DNA of 64,000 bases from a virus. This document shows positions 33,458-43,280 of this stretch, in pieces. The notes under the pieces were generated by a model, which was not told the origin of the DNA, made no database searches, and was given only the letters and a program-made list of their open reading frames with translations. The position numbers and the translations under genes are program-made. The DNA lies in the IMG/VR virus record IMGVR_UViG_3300047157_000073, positions 1 to 64,000 of that record; one strand, 5' to 3'. Position 1 is the stretch's first letter; every line of letters begins with the position of its first letter.

Positions 33458-33465
33458 TATAAATA
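33458..33465 (+). promoter_or_regulatory. late promoter TATAAATA
   Basis: Exact consensus upstream of gp22. Confidence 0.75.
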
Positions 33466-33526
33466 AGTGTTAATATAACGAAAAAGATATTAATTAATAA
33501 CAATAGATTTAACTAGGAGATATCCA

Positions 33527-34840
33527 ATGAGCGAAATCGAAAAAACTATTGAAGAATTAGAGGCAGAAGTCCTTAGTGAGCTTGAAGAACAATCGGATGC
33601 TCCTAAGAAAGGTGCAGCTCCCGCTGAACCTCAGTTAAAAGCTTCTGATGCTTCAAGTGTTACACCTGGGGGCGAAGTACAAGATATGGGCCCTGCAGTG
33701 ACACACCCCTCTGATAAGTCTGGCCCTGGTACTCAAGCTGGTAAAAAAGCTGATGAGAAAAAAGGCGATGCTGCTCAGAAAAGTGAAGGTAAACCTGATT
33801 CTGGTGATACACCAAATGACGGCAAAAAGAAAGTTGCTAAACCTTTGGCAGCTGGAGATACTGTTGAAGTAGAAGACGGACAAGAAATAATTGCTGAGAA
33901 AGAAGAAGTTGAAGAAATGTCTAAAATGGAAATGATTAAAGCAATGAAAGATATGGAAACAGAAATGAAAGACATGTCTATGGAAATGGTCAAAGCTACT
34001 TATGACAAAATGAAAGAAATGATGGCTAAAACTGAGGAAGCTTCAGAAGAAGATAAAGAAAAAGAAGCTCTACAGAAAGAAGCTGTTGAACAAAGAATTA
34101 AAACTATAGATGTTACAGAACATGTTGAAGCTCTTATGAGTGGAGAAGGTGACTTAACAGATGAGTTTAAAAAGAAAGCAGCTACTGTTTTCGAATCTGC
34201 AGTTAAATCTAAAGTTCGTGATGAAGTCACAAGACTTCAAGAAAACTATGACAACGAAATAGCAGAAGGTATTAAGTCTAACAAATCTGAACTTACAGAA
34301 AAAGTAGACACATACATGAACTATGTTGTAGAAGAATGGATGAAAGAAAATGAACTAGCAGTCGAAAGAGGTCTAAAAGGAGAAATCGCTGAAGACTTCA
34401 TAGCTGGTTTGAAACAGTTGTTTGAAGACCATTATGTTGACATCCCAGATGACAAGTATGATGTACTACAAGCACAATCAGACAAAATTGCAGAGTTAGA
34501 AGAAAAAGTTAATAAGACTTTAGATGAATCAATAGAATATAAAAAGTCTAATGATGACCTAACTCGTAATAAAGTTATTTCAGAAATGTCTTCTGATTTA
34601 GCTGATACCGAAATTGAAAAGTTCAAAGGTCTTACTGAAGATGTAGACTTCGGAAACGAAGAAGACTTCAAAGGTAAACTTGAAACTTTAAAAGAAAGTT
34701 ATTTCCCTAAAGTTAAAAAGGAAACAACCGAAAATATAGATAATGTAGAAACTGGCCCTGCACAGGACATTGACATAACAGATTCGATGGCTGCTTATAG
34801 TAAAGCAATCGGAACTGCTGTTAAGGGTGCAACTAAGTAA
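33527..34840 (+). CDS. gp22: prohead scaffold (core) protein
   Basis: EFKKKAATVFESAV; YVVEEWMKENELA.E.G..EIAE.F..LK.LF; LKESYF. Confidence 0.9.
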   Translation: MSEIEKTIEELEAEVLSELEEQSDAPKKGAAPAEPQLKASDASSVTPGGEVQDMGPAVTHPSDKSGPGTQAGKKADEKKGDAAQKSEGKPDSGDTPNDGKKKVAKPLAAGDTVEVEDGQEIIAEKEEVEEMSKMEMIKAMKDMETEMKDMSMEMVKATYDKMKEMMAKTEEASEEDKEKEALQKEAVEQRIKTIDVTEHVEALMSGEGDLTDEFKKKAATVFESAVKSKVRDEVTRLQENYDNEIAEGIKSNKSELTEKVDTYMNYVVEEWMKENELAVERGLKGEIAEDFIAGLKQLFEDHYVDIPDDKYDVLQAQSDKIAELEEKVNKTLDESIEYKKSNDDLTRNKVISEMSSDLADTEIEKFKGLTEDVDFGNEEDFKGKLETLKESYFPKVKKETTENIDNVETGPAQDIDITDSMAAYSKAIGTAVKGATK

Positions 34841-34843
34841 TAA

Positions 34844-34851
34844 TATAAATA
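34844..34851 (+). promoter_or_regulatory. late promoter TATAAATA
   Basis: Exact consensus upstream of gp23. Confidence 0.8.
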
Positions 34852-34875
34852 GTAGAAATATAGGAGATAATAACA

Positions 34876-36198
34876 ATGTTTCAAACAGAAAATCTACAAG
34901 AAAAGTGGTCGCCAGTCCTTGCACATCCCGATTTGCCAAAGATTGAGGATTCGTATAAAAGGGCAGTAACTACTGTAATTCTTGAAAACCAAGAAAAAGC
35001 TATCAAAGAAGATAGAAGTTTCTTAAAAGAAGCAGCTCCAACAAACAGCACTGGTGCTGATGTTGAGAACTGGGACCCAATTTTAATATCGTTAGTTAGA
35101 CGTTCAATGCCTAACTTAATTGCATATGATATCTGCGGTGTACAACCAATGACAGGTCCAACTGGCTTAATCTTTGCTATGAGAGCAAGATTTGCATCTA
35201 TGGACGGGGGCGAGGCTCTCGGAGATGAAGCAGATTCTGGTTTCTCTAATGATGACGCAGCTGGTAACCTAACTTCATCTGCAATGACAGGTTCAAACCC
35301 TGCAACTCTAAACGATAGCCCAAGTGCTGGTACATACTTGTCACCAACAGGTATGACATTGGCTCAAGGTGAAGCTTTAGGTGATACAAACACTAATGCT
35401 TTCGCTGAAATGGCTTTCAGTATAGAAAAAACAACAGTAACTGCTGTAACTCGTGCGTTAAAAGCTGAGTATACAATGGAACTTGCGCAAGACTTAAAAG
35501 CAATTCATGGTCTAGATGCAGAAACAGAACTAGCAAATATCTTGTCTGGTGAAATTCTTGCTGAGATAAACCGTGAAGTAGTTAGAAGTATTTATATTTC
35601 GGCTGTTGCTGGTGCTCAAGTAAACACAACAACTGCTGGAATCTTTGACTTAGACACAGATTCAAATGGTCGTTGGTCTGTTGAGAAATTCAAAGGTTTA
35701 ATGTTCGCTCTGGAAAGAGATGCTAACGCTATCGGACAACAAACTCGTAGAGGAAAAGGTAACATAATCATCTGTTCTGCTGATGTAGCTTCGGCTCTTC
35801 AAATGGCTGGAGTATTAGATTATACACCTGCTCTAAACAACAACTTAAATGTTGATGACACATCTGCTACATTCGCTGGTGTTATGAACGGTAGATTTAA
35901 AGTGTATGTTGACCCATATGCTGCTAATGTCGCTGCTTCACAATACTATGTTGTAGGATATAAAGGTACTTCACCTTACGATGCTGGTGTCTTCTACTGT
36001 CCATATGTACCACTACAAATGGTTCGTGCGGTAGGTGAAAACACTTTCCAACCAAAAATTGGATTTAAAACTCGTTATGGTATAGCATCTAACCCATTCC
36101 ACACAGGAGTGATAGCTGCTGGTACTGCAGAATCAACTGCGATTACTGCAAATACTAACAAGTACTACAGACGCGTAAAAGTAACAAACTTAATGTAA
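34876..36198 (+). CDS. gp23: major capsid protein
   Basis: LQEKWSPVL; GVQPMTGPTGLIFAMR; RALKAEYTMELAQDLKAIHGLDAE; FYCPYVPL; FQPKIGFKTRYG. Confidence 0.97.
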   Translation: MFQTENLQEKWSPVLAHPDLPKIEDSYKRAVTTVILENQEKAIKEDRSFLKEAAPTNSTGADVENWDPILISLVRRSMPNLIAYDICGVQPMTGPTGLIFAMRARFASMDGGEALGDEADSGFSNDDAAGNLTSSAMTGSNPATLNDSPSAGTYLSPTGMTLAQGEALGDTNTNAFAEMAFSIEKTTVTAVTRALKAEYTMELAQDLKAIHGLDAETELANILSGEILAEINREVVRSIYISAVAGAQVNTTTAGIFDLDTDSNGRWSVEKFKGLMFALERDANAIGQQTRRGKGNIIICSADVASALQMAGVLDYTPALNNNLNVDDTSATFAGVMNGRFKVYVDPYAANVAASQYYVVGYKGTSPYDAGVFYCPYVPLQMVRAVGENTFQPKIGFKTRYGIASNPFHTGVIAAGTAESTAITANTNKYYRRVKVTNLM

Positions 36199-36223
36199 GA
36201 TTGTTTCTTTCAACAAATGAATT

Positions 36224-36244
36224 GGGGGCTTCGGCCCCCTTTTT
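36224..36244 (+). terminator. Rho-independent terminator with cUUCGg tetraloop
   Basis: gggggc-ttcg-gccccc followed by a T run; classic T4 gp23 terminator form. Confidence 0.9.
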
Positions 36245-36276
36245 ATTTCCCCACCATAAAATAAATGGACAAACCC

Positions 36277-36306
36277 TTGACAAAAGATGTTTTAGTATGT
36301 TAGTCT
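36277..36306 (+). promoter_or_regulatory. sigma70-type early promoter upstream of the alkB-like gene
   Basis: TTGACA-aaagatgt.. 18-nt spacer ending TGt, then TAGTCT; shares the TTGACAAAA..TGT pattern with other promoters in the window. Confidence 0.55.
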
Positions 36307-36406
36307 AGCATCATGAAGTTATATTCTATAAGGAATTATTAGTATATTAACAAATACTAATCTAGACAAATAATGGACAAAAGTTAAATACTAGGTTTTT
36401 TTTCTT

Positions 36407-36414
36407 TATAAATA
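36407..36414 (+). promoter_or_regulatory. late promoter TATAAATA upstream of the alkB leader
   Basis: Exact consensus about 10 nt before the structured leader. Confidence 0.65.
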
Positions 36415-36423
36415 TAATCAGAT

Positions 36424-36556
36424 ATGTGTTGGAATAGACATCCCTCACTTTCATTCCAAATTGAAAGTGTTCCTTATGTCACATGACTAACACATGGATA
36501 AGTCATTCACAAGGCTGTGAGTGATATAACTATTTCGTGGGAGGAAATACGAAATG
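36424..36556 (+). ncRNA. putative structured 5' leader (cis-regulatory RNA)
   Basis: Nested complementary arms atgtgttgg/ctaacacat, gacat/atgtc and cactttca/tgaaagtg; hairpin tcattcaca/tgtgagtga; atttcgt/acgaaat enclosing the SD. Confidence 0.5.
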
Positions 36557-37784
36557 GGAAATATTTTATTAAACCTTAGATACCTATTAGCACCTGTGTT
36601 AATCATAGTTGCTGGTGCAGGTGTCTTAATTGGTGGCATAATGGCATGGCTAGGAGTAGTTTTACTATTCGTAGGTTTACTTGTCGATATTGCTACTAAA
36701 TTCGAAACATCAGGCGTAGGATATGATGAAAATGGAGATAGTTTAGGTTGGGCAAGTTTCCAAAACTTAACTATGTACTTCATGTTACCAATCTTTGTAC
36801 TGTTTCAACTAGTCATGGCGTGGAGAGTATCTACATACATGTCACTAGGTGGAATGGAAGGCGAAGTCGTAATGTCAATCATACCTGGTCTATTAGTCAT
36901 GCACGAAGGCATAACAGGTCTTAACTTAATCGGTGCAACATTATCATCTGGTATCTTTATTGGAATCGGAATCATCTATGGTCATGAGTTATCTCATACT
37001 AAAGGATTTGGATTCGTAATATCAAGAACTATGATGGCGTTATCTGGTTCAGCACATTTCTGTTACGCTCATGTATACAACCATCATCTAGAACTTGCAA
37101 GTGAAGATGACCCTGCTACTGCTCCTAGAGGGCGTACAATATATGGTCACTATCCACTATCATATCTAGGTCAGTCTAAATTCTTATTCAATATGGAAAA
37201 AGAAAGACTAGCTCGTATGGGTGTATCACTTTATCTCTTGGCAAAATCGTTGGATAAGAGGATATCTAATGGCAGTGCCAACAGTTGCATTATTCTTTGC
37301 AGCTGGTGGTTGGATAGGAATGGCAGTACTAGCAACAATTTGGGGAATCTCAAACTTTGAGCTAGAAGCACTTAACTATCTAGAACACTACGGATTAATT
37401 CGTGTGAAAGACCAACCAATTGATTACAGACATAATTGGGATAATTCAACAGCTTTTACTGCATGGTTCTTTATTGAAATCGGCAGACAAGCAGACCACC
37501 ATGACAGAGGTGAAACTCATTTCTGGGAATTGGAAAATGTTGGTTGCCCAAATACAGGTTGGGGATACTTTGTAGTATTCTTTATCGCTCTCGTACCGCC
37601 AATCTGGCATTGGTACATGCGTAAAAGACTAGCTGCTTGGGATACACATTTTGCAACAGATGAAGAACAAGCAATTGCTAGAAGAATCAACAAAGAAGTT
37701 GGTTATGAAGGCACACCATTTGTTGGAGATGTATTACAAGACGCTGGTAATGTAGACTTAGGTCTTCGTTCAGCTAGAAAGTAA
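36554..37784 (+). CDS. alkB: AlkB/XylM-family membrane di-iron monooxygenase (one extra base near 37229; about 409 aa when joined)
   Basis: Multiple TM helices; His boxes HELSH, AHVYNHH, NYLEHYG, RQADHH; DPATAPRG; P..GY...ALVPP.W...M..RL..WD. Confidence 0.85.
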
Positions 37785-37807
37785 TTACTCTAAATACTTA
37801 CGGAATT

Positions 37808-37836
37808 GGGGTGTGATGAACACCCCTTTTCTTTTT
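37808..37836 (+). terminator. Rho-independent terminator after alkB
   Basis: ggggtgt-gatga-acacccc followed by ttttcttttt. Confidence 0.85.
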
Positions 37837-37842
37837 AAGTCT

Positions 37843-37850
37843 TATAAATA
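37843..37850 (+). promoter_or_regulatory. late promoter TATAAATA
   Basis: Exact consensus just upstream of gp3. Confidence 0.7.
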
Positions 37851-37855
37851 ACAGT

Positions 37856-38446
37856 ATGACAACAGAAACATCACCACTCAATAGACAACCTACTGCATTA
37901 GACTATACAAGTCCTACACAGTTTCGTTTTCTAATTAATCAATTACCTAAAGTACAATACTTTACTACTGAAGCAAATCTACCTGGTATTACATTAGATG
38001 AATTAGAACTTGGTTCACCACTTAAAGATTTACCACTATTAGGTTCTAAATTAACTTATGATGATTTAACAATAACATTTATTGTTGATGAAAATCTAGA
38101 AAACTATATTGAAATGCATACATGGTTAACAGCAATTGGATTTCCAAAAGATAGAAAACAATTTAGAGATTTTAGAAGTACAACATCAAATGTTGCAACA
38201 GCTACAAGAGGTGAAAGTAAAGACATAGGTGATGTAAAGGCACCAACACCTGAAATATCTATGAGTAGTGATGCTGTATTAACTATACTAACAAACAAAA
38301 ACAATCCTGTAGTAGAGTGTAGATTTGCAGATGTTTTTCCTACAAGTTTAAGTGGATTAACTTATTCTCAAAATCAAACTGATGTTGAATATCTTACAGC
38401 AACAGTAAACTTTAAATATAAATTATACGAAATAATAACACTATAA
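37856..38446 (+). CDS. gp3: tail tube terminator / tail completion protein
   Basis: SPTQFRFLI..LPKVQYF..ANLPGI; FIVDENLENY.E.H.W; FPTSLSG; conserved position downstream of gp23. Confidence 0.8.
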   Translation: MTTETSPLNRQPTALDYTSPTQFRFLINQLPKVQYFTTEANLPGITLDELELGSPLKDLPLLGSKLTYDDLTITFIVDENLENYIEMHTWLTAIGFPKDRKQFRDFRSTTSNVATATRGESKDIGDVKAPTPEISMSSDAVLTILTNKNNPVVECRFADVFPTSLSGLTYSQNQTDVEYLTATVNFKYKLYEIITL

Positions 38447-38477
38447 ATAGTTATAGATTTATTATTGTGGAGTGAAC

Positions 38478-38905
38478 ATGACCTTAGATGAATTAAAAAT
38501 TCAAGTCGCAATGACTTGAAAGTAAATGATGAAAGACTTGATACCGAATCTTTAAAAAATCAAGAACTATATTCAAAGTACTTAGAAATAAAAAGTAACT
38601 TTGAGTTATTGATGTATAAAGCAAAAGGTGATTACAAAATACTTTATCGTGATAAGTGGGAATACTATGGCGGTAAAGCAGACGCAAAGATTTACGAAAC
38701 AAAACCTTTCGATTTAAAAGTACTTAAATCAGACTTATCTATCTACATTGAATCAGATGAAGATATAATTAAAATGGAAAATAAAATAGTATACTTAGAA
38801 ACAGTTATCAAGTATGTTGATGGTGTACTTAAATCTATAAGTGCTAGAGGTTGGGATATCAAAAATGCTATACAATGGAAAAACTTTGAAGCAGGATTGA
38901 TGTAA
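38478..38905 (+). CDS. uvsY: recombination mediator (frameshift near 38510)
   Basis: MTLDELK at 38478; LDTESL; WEYY.GKA; FDLKVLK; RGWDIKNAIQW.F.AG. Confidence 0.85.
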
Positions 38906-39423
38906 TGTTTGCAGTATCATATGATAATTTTTTAGAGGAACATATTGCACAACTCATAGACTTTGAAATGAGAGAAGTAAAGTGGCAATATGATTATGAT
39001 AGTAAACCAAATGGAACTCAAAAACATTGGCATGTATTTTGTGGACACAATATTGAAGAATGTAAATTAAATGGATTTGATTTTATTGAACCCATTTGGA
39101 ATTGTATACAAAATCAAGGTTATAAAATAGAATTAGAAAGAGCATATTTAAATGCTCATACTTATGGAATAGAACCACATATTCATAGAGATGATGGTGA
39201 TGTCACTATGATATATTATCCTAGATTAGATTGGAAAATAGATTGGGGTGGTGGAACTGCAATTTATAATAATGAAGTAACAGAGATTGGAAAACATTTT
39301 GTTAACAAAGGTAATAGATTAATTATGTTTGATGCTGACTTACCACATCAAGCACAACCGATTAGTAGATTATGTTTTCAATTAAGAACATGTATAGTAT
39401 TCAAAACAAACAGAGTGACTTAG
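38905..39423 (+). CDS. Fe(II)/2OG oxygenase family protein
   Basis: RAYLNAHT..HIHRD; W..DWGGGT; NRLIMFD..PH; R..IVFK. Confidence 0.8.
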   Translation: MFAVSYDNFLEEHIAQLIDFEMREVKWQYDYDSKPNGTQKHWHVFCGHNIEECKLNGFDFIEPIWNCIQNQGYKIELERAYLNAHTYGIEPHIHRDDGDVTMIYYPRLDWKIDWGGGTAIYNNEVTEIGKHFVNKGNRLIMFDADLPHQAQPISRLCFQLRTCIVFKTNRVT

Positions 39424-39425
39424 CA

Positions 39426-39989
39426 ATGTTAAACTACTATAAATTTATTGGACATTATAAAAATATAGTTAGTCAAGAATTATGTAATGCTATAATTGAA
39501 GAAGATTTTAATTATAATGAATCTACTTACTCTACTCATGAAGGCCAGTCACCAGATTGGAAAAAAAATAAAAGAGTTAAAATGGATGAGATATGGATTC
39601 GTAAAGACCATGTTTTTTATGAGGCATTAAATCATGCTGTTTCTGATGTGGCAGAAAGATACTCAGAAGAAATTAAGAAGACTAAAAGAGATTTTGTAGT
39701 ACAAAAGACAACAGACTTTAGATTAAACAAATATGAAAAAGGTGGATACATGAGTTTACATTGTGATAATATACATCATAGTCATGGTCAACAATATGGA
39801 TTTCCACAAGCCTCAGTTTTATTATTTTTAAATGATGATTTTGAGGGTGGTGAATTTGTTGTATCTGAATTACAATTAAATATTAAGAAAGGTGATGCTA
39901 TTATTTTTCCGTCTAATTTTATGTTTCCACATGAAGTTAAAAAAGTTACACAAGGAACACGCTGGAGTATTGTATCATGGTTGATGTAA
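39426..39989 (+). CDS. prolyl-4-hydroxylase-like Fe(II)/2OG oxygenase
   Basis: KYEKGG...HCD; LFLNDDFEGGEF; IIFPSNFMFPHEV..VTQGTRWSIVSW. Confidence 0.85.
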   Translation: MLNYYKFIGHYKNIVSQELCNAIIEEDFNYNESTYSTHEGQSPDWKKNKRVKMDEIWIRKDHVFYEALNHAVSDVAERYSEEIKKTKRDFVVQKTTDFRLNKYEKGGYMSLHCDNIHHSHGQQYGFPQASVLLFLNDDFEGGEFVVSELQLNIKKGDAIIFPSNFMFPHEVKKVTQGTRWSIVSWLM

Positions 39990-40570
39990 CTCAACACAAA
40001 GTATTTCCTACTATCATAAATGAATTTCAATTTGGTATGGATAAACAAGAACATGATTTAGTTATTGATGAGCTTAATGACATGGAAAAGTATAAAGAAA
40101 ATAATCTTATTACTCAAACCACAGATGACTTGTCTAAACATATACCAAAGTTTACAAAAAAAATTTATAATATTACAGAACATATATGTGAAAAATATTC
40201 ATACCTATATGATAGATTAGAATTTACAGGTATGTGGGCAAACAAATTAATAAAGGGTGAAGTACATCCACCACATACACATTCCAATAATATTTTTTCT
40301 GGTGTGTACTATCTAGAAGGTGGTTCACAAATACAATTTTTTGACCCAAGACCACAGGCAACTGTTTTACATCCTAACTTAAAATATACTAACTTTGAGA
40401 ACTCTGGTATGATAGGATTTAATTCATCAAAGGGATATGGTTTAATTTTTCCTAGTTGGTTACAACATTGGGTATCTACAACAGACACAACCAGAATTAG
40501 TATATCATGGAATATATTATTAAGAGGTGACTATGGACAACCAAACACATTACAAAATTCACATATCTAA
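39977..40570 (+). CDS. Fe(II)/2OG oxygenase-like protein (TIGR02466-like)
   Basis: FPT; MWAN..HPPHTH.N..SGVYY; FFDPR; IFPSWLQHWV; RISISWN. Confidence 0.8.
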   Translation: MVDVTQHKVFPTIINEFQFGMDKQEHDLVIDELNDMEKYKENNLITQTTDDLSKHIPKFTKKIYNITEHICEKYSYLYDRLEFTGMWANKLIKGEVHPPHTHSNNIFSGVYYLEGGSQIQFFDPRPQATVLHPNLKYTNFENSGMIGFNSSKGYGLIFPSWLQHWVSTTDTTRISISWNILLRGDYGQPNTLQNSHI

Positions 40571-42021
40571 ACTCAACGAAGTTTATTTAAAAGTAGAATG
40601 TGATAACTCTGGTATATGTTATGAGTTAGTACAGTACTTTACATTTGAAGTGCCTGGTCATAAATTTATGCCTGCATACAGAAATAAAGTTTGGGATGGT
40701 AAGATAAGATTATTCTCAGATAAAACAGGTAAAATATATGTGGGTTTATTATCTTACATAAAAGAGTTTTGTGATAGAAACGAAATAGAATATGTTATTG
40801 CTGATGATGTAGATGATACAGATAATTTAGATATAGAAAAAGTAAAAGACTTTGTTAAATCTTTAAAACCACAATCAAAAGGTAAATTATTAGAAATTAG
40901 AGATTATCAGCTTGATGCTATACAATGCGCACTGAGTAATCATAGAGGAATGTTAGTTTCGCCGACTGCTAGCGGGAAGTCATTAATCATATATGCACTC
41001 ATAAGATTCTATAACTACTTACTTAAAGATAAAAAGATATTAATACTTGTACCAACTACATCATTAGTAGAACAGATGTATTCTGATTTTATTGACTATG
41101 GTTGGAATGATAAATACTTACATAGAATATATCAAGGTCATGAAAAGGTAACAGACAAACCTATAATTATTTCAACATGGCAGTCTACTCTATAAGTTAG
41201 ATAAAAAATATTTTGAAAATTTTGGATGTGTTGTTGGAGATGAAGCACATCTATTTAAATCTAAGTCATTGACTACAATCATGACTAAACTGATAAATTG
41301 TAAATATCGTTTTGGAATGACAGGTACTTTAGATGGTACACAAACACATAGATTAGTTTTAGAAGGTCTGTTTGGTAAAGTAGAAAAAGTAACAACCACA
41401 AAAGAGTTAATGGATAAAGATACTTTGGCTAATCTTAAAATTAAGTGTCTAGTATTAAAACATAAAGAAAGTGAGTGTAAAGAAGTAAAAGATTTAAAGT
41501 ATAGTGAGGAGTTACAGTACATAGTGGCTCACAAGACACGAAATGACTTTATTTCAAGACTTTGTGATAAATTGAGTGGTAATACACTATGTTTATATCA
41601 GCTAGTCGAAAAACACGGGCTAGTGTTGTATAATCTAATGAAAGACTTTGATAGAAAAGTATTCTTTATACATGGTGGAACAGACACAGAAACAAGAGAA
41701 AAAATTAGAGCAATAACGGAGAAAGAAACAAATGCAATCATTGTCGCGTCGTATGGTACATTTAGTACTGGTATTAATATTAGGAACTTGCATAATATCG
41801 TGTTCGCATCTCCGTCTAAGTCTAGAATACGAGTGCTCCAATCCATCGGCCGTGGGTTGCGTAAATCAGATAAAGGCGATATACGAACAACCCTTTTAGA
41901 TATTGCTGATGACTTTACATATAAGGATAGGAAGAATTTTACACTAAATCACTTTTTAGAAAGAATAAATATATACAACGAAGAAGAATTTGATTACGAA
42001 ATAGATAGGATAAGGATATGA
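40533..42021 (+). CDS. uvsW: DNA helicase (frameshift near 41190)
   Basis: WDGKIRLF; RDYQ; SPTASGKS; VPTTSLVEQM; GDEAH; GTFSTGINI; LQSIGRGLR. Confidence 0.9.
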
Positions 42022-42530
42022 CAGATAACACTACTAGAGTAATAAAATTAGCAAATGGTGAGAGTATCGTTTGTACTTGTATACCTACAAGGACAGATGA
42101 AGCTTCTACTAAACTACATGTACTACATCCATTAAAAATGGAATTAAAAAATAGAATCACTAAGAAAGGTGTTGTTGAGGCATTATCTTTATCTCGTTGG
42201 TTACAACCATTTACAGAATCAGATGAATTTGATATTGAAAAATCAACAATCATAACAGTTACACCAGCATCATATGCTTTAAATAATTACTATCAAACAA
42301 TGTTAAACTCATATAGTGCTGCAGATGCTGAGGCAAATGAACCCATTGTACAAAGAACTAGAGAAGAAGATGAAGAAGATGAATTTGAAGACACAGAAAC
42401 AGTAAGAGAAATGTTTAATGAATATGTATCTACATTAAGTGGTCAAAATAAAGAAAAAGAATTAGTACAAGAAGAAATATCAGAAGAAGATTTAGATAAT
42501 ATGATAACATCTAATGATACCAAACATTAA
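42018..42530 (+). CDS. conserved hypothetical protein (Sm-like fold candidate)
   Basis: VIKLANGE.I; P..W.PF; acidic tail; typical uvsW-gp55 position. Confidence 0.55.
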   Translation: MTDNTTRVIKLANGESIVCTCIPTRTDEASTKLHVLHPLKMELKNRITKKGVVEALSLSRWLQPFTESDEFDIEKSTIITVTPASYALNNYYQTMLNSYSAADAEANEPIVQRTREEDEEDEFEDTETVREMFNEYVSTLSGQNKEKELVQEEISEEDLDNMITSNDTKH

Positions 42531-42573
42531 CCATCTCTTTAGAGTATATATTATTCTCCGCTGGAACACAGCG

Positions 42574-42602
42574 ATTATAAACTTTCAAACAAGGTTTGTC
42601 AA
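42574..42602 (-). promoter_or_regulatory. consensus sigma70 promoter, antisense orientation
   Basis: Minus strand TTGACA (42602-42597), 17-nt spacer, TATAAT (42579-42574). Confidence 0.65.
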
Positions 42603-42656
42603 GGTTTATTTGCAAATAAATGCAAAAAAGTTTTTTATATAATTACCTATTATTTC

Positions 42657-42685
42657 TTGACATATTATGCTCAACCTAGTACTAT
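42657..42685 (+). promoter_or_regulatory. sigma70-type promoter for gp55
   Basis: TTGACA, 17-nt spacer, TACTAT. Confidence 0.65.
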
Positions 42686-42716
42686 GGCTACATAACAATT
42701 CATCAAGGAAAGAAAG

Positions 42717-43280
42717 ATGGCAACAACAAAGAAAAAAGGTGTTCATTACATAGACAATAAAGAGTTTCATGCAGCAATGATTGCGTGGAAAGAATTATGT
42801 AAAGAGGCTGAAGAAGCAGGAGAAGAAAAACCCCAAGTAACAAATTACATTGGAGAGTGTTTTTTAAAGATAGCAAATGGATTATCATACAGACCTAACT
42901 TTATTAATTATACTTATCGTTCTGAAATGGTTTCTGATGGTATAGAAAACTGTTTACAATACATACATAACTTTGACCCAGAGAAGTCAAAGAATCCTTT
43001 TGCATATTTTACACAAATAATATACTATGCATTTTTAAGAAGAATTCAAAAAGAGAAAAAACAAACTCATATCAAAAACAAAATGATTGAGAAACAACAG
43101 TATGAAACTTATACTACAAATGAAGGTGATGATACAGTTTATGATGTAAGAGGTTTTGACCCAGACATTATGTTGCCTGATGAAGATGTATATAAAGTTA
43201 AAAAGAAAGAGAAGTCTACACTACCTGAAGGCCTTGAAGAATTCATGGATGAAAATTCTAAAACAGAAGATAATACTTAA
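42717..43280 (+). CDS. gp55: late-transcription sigma factor
   Basis: HYIDNKEF; YIGECFLKIANGLS.RPNF..Y; NPFAYFTQIIYYAFLRRI.KEKKQ. Confidence 0.95.
   Translation: MATTKKKGVHYIDNKEFHAAMIAWKELCKEAEEAGEEKPQVTNYIGECFLKIANGLSYRPNFINYTYRSEMVSDGIENCLQYIHNFDPEKSKNPFAYFTQIIYYAFLRRIQKEKKQTHIKNKMIEKQQYETYTTNEGDDTVYDVRGFDPDIMLPDEDVYKVKKKEKSTLPEGLEEFMDENSKTEDNT

Noticed and set aside
36424-36556. tRNA in the gp23-alkB gap
   Set aside because: No T-loop GTTCRA motif, cloverleaf or CCA end; treated as a structured leader instead
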